Part shown: positions 1 to 8,879 of the stretch, one piece after another | Layout: every line of letters starts with the position of its first letter | Numbering within the stretch: position 1 is the first letter of the stretch | Position numbers and translations under genes: made by a program | The notes under the pieces: model-generated | The model's input: the letters and a program-made list of their open reading frames with translations, nothing else | Told to the model about the DNA's origin: nothing | The model's database searches: none | DNA from: a virus | IMG/VR virus record: IMGVR_UViG_3300025288_000012 | Span: 64,001-128,000 of that record | Reading direction: 5' to 3' (one strand) | Length of the DNA: 64,000 nt

Positions 1-2
1 AG

Positions 3-179
3 GCACGCATGTTGGACAGGTACACGAACATAACTGCCTATATTGAGAGTGACCATGAAACTGCTTTGGACATAAAGGCAAACATGGTTCGCAGAGATTG
101 TGCTATACTGTCATTGACCAATCTATTGGATAGAGCACTTAGCGAATCCATGATTCTCACAACTATATTCGCGGTGTAA
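3..179 (+). CDS. 3' end of a gene entering from upstream (possibly HAD-like/phosphatase partner of the PRTase)
   Basis: Frame 3 is open from the window start to TAA at 177-179 (..AYIESDHETALDIKANMV..LTTIFAV*). Function is a guess. Confidence 0.45.
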   Translation, partial: ARMLDRYTNITAYIESDHETALDIKANMVRRDCAILSLTNLLDRALSESMILTTIFAV

Positions 180-182
180 GCT

Positions 183-677
183 ATGAAAAAATTTCTTGTT
201 GACTACGCGACCTTCCTTTCGGGTACACGCTCTTTGGCATCTACGTTGGGTAACGTTGGCCTCGTGCTTACGTTGCCTCGAGGTGGTATGTCCTTCGCAC
301 ACATACTCAGTCTAGAGTGTGGATGTGCCTGCAAAATGCTGGACTTGGATATAAAGAACATCGACCTAGAAAGCTACATCGAGCGTGCTGTTGAAAACAA
401 AGGGCACATAGTAATAGCTGACGATTCCATAGGGACGGGAGCTACTTACGAACGAATCAAACGGTTGATGGAGTTAATGCCTGTAACTTGGGTGTACGCA
501 GTGTTCTACGTAGACGGTGCGTTCAACTCCGAAGACAAAGAGATCAAGTACGTCATGAAGACAAATCAATGGGTTGTACTTCCGTATGAGGACCCTGAAC
601 TGATCGAAGTTGGAAATCAGAATAGCCTGTTTCGCAACGGAACTGATCCGTACCAAGCCACTCGAAGGAAAGGGTAA
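183..677 (+). CDS. type I phosphoribosyltransferase
   Basis: PRPP-binding loop IVIADDSIGTGAT; N-terminal LPRGG motif. Confidence 0.85.
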   Translation: MKKFLVDYATFLSGTRSLASTLGNVGLVLTLPRGGMSFAHILSLECGCACKMLDLDIKNIDLESYIERAVENKGHIVIADDSIGTGATYERIKRLMELMPVTWVYAVFYVDGAFNSEDKEIKYVMKTNQWVVLPYEDPELIEVGNQNSLFRNGTDPYQATRRKG

Positions 678-682
678 GTAGT

Positions 683-1609
683 ATGACTATAACTACCTGT
701 GTAAGCTGCGGTGGCCGAACAGAGACTCTTCAGTTAGTGCATTGCGATGACTTGGAAGACTTGTGGAAGAGAGAACTTGATCTAGATGTGACATTTGACT
801 TGCAGTTGCTAAGGCTGCACAAGTGTACACAGTGCGATCTAGTGCAGTACTCTCCGATGGAAAGAGCTATAGGTGACTCCGAGTTCTACGACAAGCTGAC
901 GTTGAAGACAAAGGATTTCATCTACCCTAAGTACAAAGAAGAATTCAGGGTTATAGGGAAGCTTATAGGTAGAGGTGCGTCGGTATTGGATGTAGGGTGC
1001 GGTAGTGGTGCACTATGGTATCACCTGGATGATGATGTTTCCTACACCGGCATAGACTACAGTGCGGTATCGTGTCAACTTGATCCAGGTGTTGACGGTA
1101 AGATACTGTGCGAATCTCTGAAAGAGCACAGTGAAAACAATGTAAGGCAGTACACTGACGTAGTCATGTCCCAGGTGCTCGAACACGTGGATGACCCCAT
1201 TGGGTTTGTGAGGTGTGCACTCAATACACTTAAAGTTGGTGGAAGCCTGTATATAACTGTACCCAACGGTGATTCTTACTTGAAGTACTTGGTAAACGGT
1301 GCACTAAATTTGCCACCGCACCACGTGTCAATGTGGAATGAGAAGTCTTTGGACACGTTGGCAGAAGGCTTAGGTTTGACTAAAGCCTTTGTGTTTAGGG
1401 AGACACTTCAGGATGTTCATGAGATTGACTTCATGGAAGCATTCCTATACTCCTTTGGATTTTTACGAGAGCCAAAAGAAGCAGTTCGTTGGTCTTTATG
1501 GGCAAGAACTGTAAAAAAATATGCTAGGTATCTAACGTGGCTAATCCCCAATACCAATAGTCAAGTAACGGGCCATTCCATCACCATCCAGTACAGGAAA
1601 ACAACATGA
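683..1609 (+). CDS. class I SAM-dependent methyltransferase with N-terminal Cys pairs (sugar-methyltransferase-like)
   Basis: Motif I VLDVGCGSG; SQVLEHVDDP; LPPHH; CxSC...CxQC. Confidence 0.85.
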   Translation: MTITTCVSCGGRTETLQLVHCDDLEDLWKRELDLDVTFDLQLLRLHKCTQCDLVQYSPMERAIGDSEFYDKLTLKTKDFIYPKYKEEFRVIGKLIGRGASVLDVGCGSGALWYHLDDDVSYTGIDYSAVSCQLDPGVDGKILCESLKEHSENNVRQYTDVVMSQVLEHVDDPIGFVRCALNTLKVGGSLYITVPNGDSYLKYLVNGALNLPPHHVSMWNEKSLDTLAEGLGLTKAFVFRETLQDVHEIDFMEAFLYSFGFLREPKEAVRWSLWARTVKKYARYLTWLIPNTNSQVTGHSITIQYRKTT

Positions 1610-2727
1610 AAAATATTTGGTTGCTAAGTCTTGAACGTGTTCCCACCCGATACACATGGGAATGGGGTACCTTCATCCCTCAGGAGATTCTGCGTCAAGC
1701 AAAGATCCGAGGTATTGAGGAGGTAGTTGTAACTGATGCTGAAAACTACATCCCGTACTCCGGTCTATCCATAGTCGACGTAACGGGTGAGTTGCCGACT
1801 CAGACTGCCTCTACTGGCGGTTTCCTTAACTGGGCAACTACTAACATCTGGAAAAGTTCGCAGCTCAAGAAAGTTGCGGAAATGTTCAACAAAGGGTACG
1901 TAAGGAATGGTGACATTTTCTACGTTACTGACGCATGGAACCCGGGAATACTTCAGATCAAGTACATGAGTGAGTTGCTTGACGTTGACGTGAAGATCAT
2001 GGGCCAGTGGCACGCTGGTGCGCACGATCCTTGGGATTTCCTGGGTCGTAAGATCAAGGACAAGAACTGGGTGTTCGAGCTGGAACGTGCTCTGTTCCAT
2101 GCAATCGACTACAACCTGTTCACTACGAAAGCCTACATTGAAATGTTTGGCTGCAACCTTGGACTTAACATGGAAACACCCAGGGTCATACGGACGGGTT
2201 ATCCCAACAGATACTTGTTGAAGTCTTTACCGAAGTACAAAATTGGAACACGGGACAACAACATCCTGTTCCCTCACCGTATCGCTCCTGAGAAGCAGCT
2301 TGATATTTTCCTAGACCTGGCGAAAGAGTTGCCGCAGTACAACTGGATCGTATGTCAGGACAAACAGCTTTCAAAGGAAGAATACCACACACTGCTGGGT
2401 AACTCCAAGCTTGTGTTCTCGGCAGCGTTGCAAGAGACCTACGGTATTGCCCAGACTGAGGCAATCATTGCAGGTGCAATGTCTCTTAGCCCTGACAGAC
2501 TCAGCTACAGTGAAATGTACTTCGAGGAGTTCCTGTACCCCAGTGAATGGACCTGGGACTTTTCAAGCTACCTCCAGCATAAAGATTCACTGGTGGGTCT
2601 AATAAAGACCATGATGGAGTCGTATGAAGATGAGGCCATGAAAAACTTGATCTCGAAGCAAGAAGACCATCTGGTAGAAAATGACTACTTAGGTGGTGAG
2701 AAAATTTGGAATCTTTTACTTGACTAA
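1606..2727 (+). CDS. GT-B (GT4-like) glycosyltransferase
   Basis: FPHRIAPEKQ and E-x7-E motif ETYGIAQTE; ATGA overlap with upstream gene. Confidence 0.85.
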   Translation: MKNIWLLSLERVPTRYTWEWGTFIPQEILRQAKIRGIEEVVVTDAENYIPYSGLSIVDVTGELPTQTASTGGFLNWATTNIWKSSQLKKVAEMFNKGYVRNGDIFYVTDAWNPGILQIKYMSELLDVDVKIMGQWHAGAHDPWDFLGRKIKDKNWVFELERALFHAIDYNLFTTKAYIEMFGCNLGLNMETPRVIRTGYPNRYLLKSLPKYKIGTRDNNILFPHRIAPEKQLDIFLDLAKELPQYNWIVCQDKQLSKEEYHTLLGNSKLVFSAALQETYGIAQTEAIIAGAMSLSPDRLSYSEMYFEEFLYPSEWTWDFSSYLQHKDSLVGLIKTMMESYEDEAMKNLISKQEDHLVENDYLGGEKIWNLLLD

Positions 2728-2736
2728 GGCTGATAT

Positions 2737-3693
2737 ATGTCGAACATTATTGTCACGGGCGGTGCAGGTTTTATTGGTGCAGGTCTAGTCAGGAAGTTGT
2801 TGGAACTGCAAGACGTAAAGTCACTGGTAATAGTTGATTCGTTCCTTACAGGCGACGAGCGCAATATTCCAGAAGACTCACGAGTACAAGTCATGCAGAA
2901 GGACGTTATTGAGGTGCAGCCGCAGGACTTTAGTAAGGTGGATCAAATTTACCACCTTGCATGTCCTGCAAGTCCTGTCTGGTACGAGCGTGATCCGGTC
3001 CATACCATCAAGTCTGCCTTCGTCGGAACCTTGAACATGCTCAATGTTGCGAAGGTATACGACGCGAAGATTCTCATTACGTCTACGTCTGAAGTTTACG
3101 GTGATCCTGAAGTGTCTCCGCAAAAAGAGTCGTACAACGGAAACGTACCTATCAATGGAACTCGTTCATGTTACGACGAAGGCAAACGTGCAGCTGAAAG
3201 TCTTGCATTTGACTTCTGGCGTATGTACCGCACTGAAATCAAAATTGCTCGCCTGTTCAACACCTATGGTCCTAAGATGTTGGATAACGATGGAAGGGTA
3301 GTTAGTAACTTCATTGTGCAGTCGTTGAAAGGGCTGCCTGTAACCATCTACGGTGATGGAAGTCAGACTCGTTCGTTCTGCTACATTGACGACACGGTGG
3401 ACTTCCTTATTAAGTTCATGCGCAGTGACCGGCACATTACGGGACCGATAAACGTAGGCAACCCTACCGAGTTCACGATAAAAGATCTGGCAGAGAAAGT
3501 GTCTTCCATGGTAAGCGTCTTAACAGGTTACGCTCCAAAGTTCGTGTTCAACAAACTTCCGAGTGACGATCCGAAGCAACGAAAGCCCGATATCACTAAG
3601 GCTAATGAGTTGCTGGGATGGGCTCCCATAGTTGGCATTGACGAAGGCTTGGAAAAGACCATCAAATATTTCATCACGGAGGGACTGGCATGA
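2737..3693 (+). CDS. UDP-glucuronate decarboxylase / UDP-xylose synthase-like extended SDR
   Basis: GGAGFIG, HLACPASP, TSTSEVYGDP, YDEGK (YxxxK), ARLFNTYGP, DDPKQRKPDI. Confidence 0.9.
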   Translation: MSNIIVTGGAGFIGAGLVRKLLELQDVKSLVIVDSFLTGDERNIPEDSRVQVMQKDVIEVQPQDFSKVDQIYHLACPASPVWYERDPVHTIKSAFVGTLNMLNVAKVYDAKILITSTSEVYGDPEVSPQKESYNGNVPINGTRSCYDEGKRAAESLAFDFWRMYRTEIKIARLFNTYGPKMLDNDGRVVSNFIVQSLKGLPVTIYGDGSQTRSFCYIDDTVDFLIKFMRSDRHITGPINVGNPTEFTIKDLAEKVSSMVSVLTGYAPKFVFNKLPSDDPKQRKPDITKANELLGWAPIVGIDEGLEKTIKYFITEGLA

Positions 3694-4151
3694 CTGAGAA
3701 ACTTGGACAACAGGTTTTCATAGACCCGAGTAAGAAGGACTACTTGGTTAGAATGGACCTTGATACGGTTGGTCTAGGTAAGACTCAACCACTTATCCTT
3801 ACAACCGGCGAGACTCTAATCTTTGTGAAGTTCGCACTTCCGGGTATTCATTGCTACCCCGATGCACCTGATGACGTAAGCTACCTTCGTAGTCCTCACC
3901 GTCACCTATTTCACTTCAAGGTCGGTGTTCCCGTTAACCACGCAAACCGTGAAATCGAGTTCCATCAGTTCTTGAACTGGTGTAAGTCACTTTTCACGGA
4001 GAGCATCCTAGACTTGAGTTACAAGTCCTGTGAAATGATTGCGCAGGACGTAACAAATGCAGTCTTCGGCAAGTATGCAGTAAGCAAATGCGTGGTTGAG
4101 GTCTGGGAAGATGACGAATGTGGAGCAGTGCTAACCACGTCCAGAATCTGA
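3690..4151 (+). CDS. QueD/PTPS-like T-fold protein (7-deazaguanine-pathway-like)
   Basis: PHRHLFHFKV (HxH metal site), REIEF, SCEMIA (cf. QueD T/SAENIA), VEVWEDDECGA. Confidence 0.65.
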   Translation: MTEKLGQQVFIDPSKKDYLVRMDLDTVGLGKTQPLILTTGETLIFVKFALPGIHCYPDAPDDVSYLRSPHRHLFHFKVGVPVNHANREIEFHQFLNWCKSLFTESILDLSYKSCEMIAQDVTNAVFGKYAVSKCVVEVWEDDECGAVLTTSRI

Positions 4152-4454
4152 TAGAAGGGAAGGCATAATGGACATTACGCGCATCCGCAGATAGGTTTTT
4201 GCACCAAACAGCGATGGTGGTCGAAGAAGTAGTGAGTGAGCCAAAAAGCAACCTACGCTACGAAAAAAGAGAAGCTTACGTTTCTAGCCTCTCATAACGC
4301 TTGGTGTGGTAGCTGTGTTAGTCGGATCATTGATCTATGGTCTGGTAAGGGGAAAGCTTCCTATAAAGGACTTAATTAGTCAACTCGGTCCAACAAACAA
4401 GCAGGAATGTTGCTTGGATATTGGGTACGGGACAATCAAACGTAAAGGTTCACC

Positions 4455-6275
4455 ATGATAAACCCAGCAAAATCGAAAAAGACTTCTGGCTTGCCTGATC
4501 CAGTACGGGCTGCAAAAGGTCTTAGCCTCACTAAGTTATGGAGGAGTACTCCAGCTTACTTCAAGAACAAGTCAAGGGATGACGATGTTCGTCTAAAGGC
4601 GTACAAGCTTACCCAGACTAAAGGTGGCATGCCTGCAGTAGTAGCAAAGGCTACCAGTTTAGCGCAACGCCCACCACGTAGTATTCATACCTGTAGCATC
4701 ATAGGTCTGGATAAAGAGGTACCGAAGCTTAGTGCGCAGAAACGTGTTCTGGTTAGTTGTGGGTGCGAATCCTATACGTTCACATGGGAGTATGCGAACT
4801 GGACGTGGGGAGCCTCAAAGATACTGTACTCAAACGGTGATCCTGCAGTTGTGAAGAATCCAGGCAACAAGCCTGGTGTGTGTATTGCAAAAAATGCGCT
4901 AGTAACAACTGAAGAAGGTGAAAAGTTAATACAAGATGTAAAAGAAGGGGATTCTGTTCTTACACTCGAGGGTTATAGAACGGTAATCGCAGCAAGAAAA
5001 ACGGGTATTAAAAAAACTAGGAAAGTAGTTACTTCCGGTGGTCACTCTCTTCGGCTGACTAACGAGCACAAAGTACTTGCTTTCGATACTAGATTTAGAT
5101 GGAAGAAAGTTAAATTTTTGAAATCTGGTGATTTCGTTTTCCAGGAAAAGGCAAAAATACAATCCACGACGTTCTACCAAATAGACTCAGAAGGATTCCT
5201 TGCGGGGCTACTTATAGCCGAGGCAGACGAGTCTGGATACGCACCTGTAGAACCGATGGTGAAATCCCTGCTAGAGAAACACTTCAAGAAAGTTTTTGGA
5301 ACTAGCCCAGCGTATACTAATGCTGAGGCTCAACATATCCAGTTGTCAAACATCGACGAAGTAAGTAAAAAGTTAGGCTTTGTGTATACCGTTTCAGAAA
5401 AACAAAGAATACCTTTAGAGTTTCAGACAAGGGACTTAGACTTTAGAAGGTCCCTTATATATGGTCTGTGGATGGGTGATGGTCACATTGCTGTAGAAGG
5501 TTCTTACGCCTCTTACGGATCGACAAGTTTAGAACTAGCCAGGGATGTGCAAAATATACTCAGGTCGTGCGGAGTCTACTCAAGAATATGGGAAAATGAA
5601 GAATCCACCCTAGACCCCTTATATCACGTAAGAGTTCCACCCTCAAGTATTGGGGCCTTCCTCAGCTGTATTTGGAAGTACAAAAGTACCTTTGAAAAGT
5701 ATGGTAATGGTTCCCCCACTAACGGTGTGGAAAATACTTTAGGGATACCACTGAAAGCCTGGGCTAGATCCGTACGCAAATCAGTATTCAAGGATTTGGT
5801 ACCAGAAGATACGGGCGATACGTATCACCTAATACGCGGAGAAACTACGGATACCGGTAAAGTATTAGCGTACCTAATAGCCAATCATGACCAAGAGTTA
5901 CTAAAGGTCATGCTTCCTGGAAGCTTTAAACCCAGCTACTGCGCTAAAAAAGGGCTAATAACGTATGCCTCCCTACAAGTACGCAGGAAGACTAGTTTAA
6001 GAATGGTTCCATCCTGCCCCGATACCTCTAATCTCAGACTCAAGGAGTGGTTAACTTCCATTAAGGTACCTCATGCGCAGCTTGATATACTTAGAAGTAT
6101 TCTTCGCTCTGGTGCCACAGCCGAAAAGGTCGAAGCAGTTTCGTGGATGGGGAAAAGCGAAGTATATGATCTTGAGATTGAAGGAGCCCATCACTTTCTA
6201 GCTAACGGTTTTGTAGTGCATAACTGTAAGCACTTGGTTGAGCTTATACGAACAGTAATGGAGCGTAAGGACTAA
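4455..6275 (+). CDS. SWIM-like Zn-finger protein (158-aa extein) interrupted by an intein
   Basis: After removing the intein the extein reads ..SCGCESY..NP..PGV|CKHL.. (CxC...CxH). Confidence 0.7.
   Translation: MINPAKSKKTSGLPDPVRAAKGLSLTKLWRSTPAYFKNKSRDDDVRLKAYKLTQTKGGMPAVVAKATSLAQRPPRSIHTCSIIGLDKEVPKLSAQKRVLVSCGCESYTFTWEYANWTWGASKILYSNGDPAVVKNPGNKPGVCIAKNALVTTEEGEKLIQDVKEGDSVLTLEGYRTVIAARKTGIKKTRKVVTSGGHSLRLTNEHKVLAFDTRFRWKKVKFLKSGDFVFQEKAKIQSTTFYQIDSEGFLAGLLIAEADESGYAPVEPMVKSLLEKHFKKVFGTSPAYTNAEAQHIQLSNIDEVSKKLGFVYTVSEKQRIPLEFQTRDLDFRRSLIYGLWMGDGHIAVEGSYASYGSTSLELARDVQNILRSCGVYSRIWENEESTLDPLYHVRVPPSSIGAFLSCIWKYKSTFEKYGNGSPTNGVENTLGIPLKAWARSVRKSVFKDLVPEDTGDTYHLIRGETTDTGKVLAYLIANHDQELLKVMLPGSFKPSYCAKKGLITYASLQVRRKTSLRMVPSCPDTSNLRLKEWLTSIKVPHAQLDILRSILRSGATAEKVEAVSWMGKSEVYDLEIEGAHHFLANGFVVHNCKHLVELIRTVMERKD
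4881..6224 (+). mobile_element. intein (448 aa) with LAGLIDADG endonuclease
   Basis: Block A CIAKNALV, block B LTNEHKV, FLAGLLIAEA / YGLWMGDG, ends FLANGFVVHN, +1 Cys. Confidence 0.93.
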
Positions 6276-7357
6276 TGACTTCTGAAGATTGCCTTCCGAT
6301 CCTTAAGGGATACGATAAGAACTCTCCTACTGACTCACTTACGGGTGGGCAAATTCAGAGCATGCTGGACTTGTTGATTCTAGAGTCATTAGCTCCCATA
6401 ATACGAAACTCCGATGTGTTTGACATACAACTAGTTCACCTCTTGTCTGTCACAGCTAGAAACAGAAAAAGGCGATTGTCAGCTCTTCCTAGAGAAGAGT
6501 TAATAAATGAGCTGTGTCAGGCTCTGGCCGTAAATGACAGGGCTAGAAAAATAGAGATCATAAGTCAAGCCAAGATAGAGCGAGGTTTCCTGTACAAGTT
6601 TGTAGTGAACTTCCTTCGGCAGTGTAGTGGTTATGAGAGACTGTACTATGAATACCTTACTGAGTCCTCACCAAAGAAAAGAGAGTCTCTGCATCTAAGG
6701 CTAAGGTCAACTGAAAAAGCTCTTGGGTTCAGCAGAGACCGGCTGTACAGCAGCATACAAGCATCAACGGACTACCTCGAACTGATGTACGAGTTCAGAA
6801 ACGTCATAGTTGGCAACTACATTCGGTTCGCATATCAGCAAGCTAAAATGTACGTTAGCAAAAAGGGTAGCAACTTCAACTTCAATGATGTGTACCAGAA
6901 CTTCTTGGTCATAATAACAAAGGCTATCGACAAGTATGATGCGTCCAAGGGTGCTCTAACAAGCTACGTAAAGTGGTGGATACTTAACGCCCAAACAGCT
7001 AATAATTCAGATCATGGTCACGAATACGGAATAGCATATACCTTGCCGCAGATGCAGAAAAAGAGTATGGCCACTAACGGAGTTTCAGATGGTCAGGTTA
7101 ACTTCAGCATAAGCCTTAACAAACTTGTAGGTAAGGATGGTGACGAGACTGAGTTTGGTTCGTCACTCAAAGGGAGTGAAGGTGTAGAGCACGAGCTAGA
7201 GAGAAAACAAGAGTTAGATCAAATAAGGTATCTAGTAAAGAAGGCAGACATACGAGGAATGGCCAGACTCTCATTAGAGATCGACGAATTCTTTTCAGCT
7301 AAGGAGCTTAAGCAAATGAGGGAAGTTATGAGAACGCAACTAGGAGTTACAGTATGA
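6275..7357 (+). CDS. phage sigma70-family RNA polymerase sigma factor
   Basis: Region-2-like NYIRFAYQQAK..DVYQNFLVIITKAIDKYDASKGALTSYVKWWI (cf. RpoD AVDKFD..FSTYATWWI). Confidence 0.8.
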   Translation: MTSEDCLPILKGYDKNSPTDSLTGGQIQSMLDLLILESLAPIIRNSDVFDIQLVHLLSVTARNRKRRLSALPREELINELCQALAVNDRARKIEIISQAKIERGFLYKFVVNFLRQCSGYERLYYEYLTESSPKKRESLHLRLRSTEKALGFSRDRLYSSIQASTDYLELMYEFRNVIVGNYIRFAYQQAKMYVSKKGSNFNFNDVYQNFLVIITKAIDKYDASKGALTSYVKWWILNAQTANNSDHGHEYGIAYTLPQMQKKSMATNGVSDGQVNFSISLNKLVGKDGDETEFGSSLKGSEGVEHELERKQELDQIRYLVKKADIRGMARLSLEIDEFFSAKELKQMREVMRTQLGVTV

Positions 7358-7545
7358 ACTTAGGTAATATGGTACCACTTAAGGACTTGCAAGTTCCTCA
7401 CAAGTGGTTTGCCTGGAAGCCAGTCACAGTAGAACGGAAAGGAAGTGACGGACAGATTTACTGTCAAGTGAAGTGGCTTTGCGTAGTGAGCAGAGCTTTA
7501 GTCAGGATGCCAGGCGTATCGGTATTCAAATATGAGTCCTTTTAA
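7354..7545 (+). CDS. hypothetical protein
   Basis: ORF with ATGA overlap on the sigma gene. Confidence 0.5.
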   Translation: MNLGNMVPLKDLQVPHKWFAWKPVTVERKGSDGQIYCQVKWLCVVSRALVRMPGVSVFKYESF

Positions 7546-7546
7546 A

Positions 7547-7555
7547 ACTGTAAAT
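7547..7555 (+). promoter_or_regulatory. ACTGTAAA motif, candidate phage-sigma promoter (also 16379, 28637, 37687, 38777)
   Basis: Same octamer recurs just upstream of several gene starts. Confidence 0.45.
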
Positions 7556-7611
7556 GCAATACAATGGTGACTTTTTAGTGCACCATTTAATCAACCACAA
7601 AGGAATATGCT

Positions 7612-8808
7612 ATGAAACTTGGAGACGTTAAACCCAAAGTTGGCCGAGAGCGTGTTGACTTGAACGACGTTCTTGGCATGGTTGTGCTGCCCAAAGATAA
7701 ATGGGTAACAGTACGCTTGCTTCCTATGGATGTGTTGCCTGTTCGTAGGCACTGGGTTAACATCATTGCGGGGAAGGACAAACGTGAAGTAAAGATCCCG
7801 AAGATCTGCGTGGCGTTTGATACCACTACTGAGGCTGACAAAACGGGTGTACATTGCCCGTATTGTGAACTCGCTGATGGACCAGAGCAGTTCTACTTGG
7901 CGAACGTAATCGTTCGGTCAGAGCAGGAAGATGCTCCCGCACGTCTGAAGATGACTCCTGAAGAAAAAGAAAGCGGCTTCAAGAACAATAGCAGCACGTC
8001 GTGGACACCGGTACGAGTTCTTCGCATTACATCCGGACTAGCGAAGAAAATACAAGGGCTGAAAGACCTGAACCGAGTCAAGAGCAAGAAGACAGGCAAA
8101 ACCCTTACCTACGACATTTCTGACGAACGCTACGGCTGCGATATTGAAGTAAAGTACAATAGTGACGCCAAGGGTGCAGATAAGTACCAGGTTCAGAAGG
8201 GGGAGCGTTCAGCCATTACGGAAGACGAAAGTGCTTACTTGGTCTACGAGCTGAATGACTCATTACTCGATGAAATCGGTCGTGAAACTGAGAAAGAGGC
8301 TGCTGCTGAATTCAAGCGTATGCAGATTGTCGGCGAAGATGAACTTCCGGATGAAGACGAAGAAGAGGAAATGAGTCTGGGCAAGAAGAAGAAAGCTCCT
8401 GCCAAGAAGCGTAAGCCTGCAGATGATGACGAAGATGATGAAGACGAGGATGATGAAGACGAAGATGACGAGGATGATGATGAACCTCCGGCTCGTAAGA
8501 AGAAGGCACCAGTGAAGAAGGCTCCTGCCAAGAAGTCACCCGCAAAACGTAAGCCTGCAGATGACGAGGATGACGAGGAAGAAGAGGATGACGAGGAAGA
8601 AGATGATGACGAGGACGACGAGGATGATGACGAGCCAGCTCCTCGCAAGAAAAAGCCTGCACCGAAACGTAAGCCTGCAGATGATGACGAAGATGATGAA
8701 GACGAGGATGATGAAGACGAGGATGAACCTCCGGCTCGTAAGAAGAAGGCACCAGTGAAGAAGCGCAGGCCTGCTGATGATGACGAAGACGACGACATTC
8801 CGTTCTGA
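7612..8808 (+). CDS. ssb: T4 gp32-like single-stranded DNA-binding protein with long D/E- and K-block tail
   Basis: TVRLLP..RHW..CPYCE..GCDIEVKY core; ends DDDDIPF; adjacent to RecA. Confidence 0.75.
   Translation: MKLGDVKPKVGRERVDLNDVLGMVVLPKDKWVTVRLLPMDVLPVRRHWVNIIAGKDKREVKIPKICVAFDTTTEADKTGVHCPYCELADGPEQFYLANVIVRSEQEDAPARLKMTPEEKESGFKNNSSTSWTPVRVLRITSGLAKKIQGLKDLNRVKSKKTGKTLTYDISDERYGCDIEVKYNSDAKGADKYQVQKGERSAITEDESAYLVYELNDSLLDEIGRETEKEAAAEFKRMQIVGEDELPDEDEEEEMSLGKKKKAPAKKRKPADDDEDDEDEDDEDEDDEDDDEPPARKKKAPVKKAPAKKSPAKRKPADDEDDEEEEDDEEEDDDEDDEDDDEPAPRKKKPAPKRKPADDDEDDEDEDDEDEDEPPARKKKAPVKKRRPADDDEDDDIPF
8398..8790 (+). repeat. intragenic repeats encoding (KRKPADDDED..EPPARKKKAPVKK)n
   Basis: cgtaagcctgcagatga occurs 3 times; a ~50-bp block at ~8410 recurs at ~8668. 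Confidence 0.9.
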
Positions 8809-8827
8809 TAGCTACTAGCACTAACCC

Positions 8828-8858
8828 AATGGGTGGATTCGTCCACCCAACCCATTTT
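8828..8858 (+). terminator. stem-loop/terminator after ssb
   Basis: GGGTGGA-TTCG-TCCACCC followed by AACCCATTTT. Confidence 0.6.
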
Positions 8859-8879
8859 AACTTAAAAGGTGACTTTATC

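Noticed and set aside
4168-4458. RBS + ATG at 4168 in frame with a TGA overlapping the next start, but with internal TAG (4192), TGA (4237) and TAG (4285); considered as evidence of stop-codon recoding
   Set aside because: Both TAG and TGA end many clearly intact genes in this window and long ORFs read through in the standard code. More likely a decayed or short membrane-protein gene.
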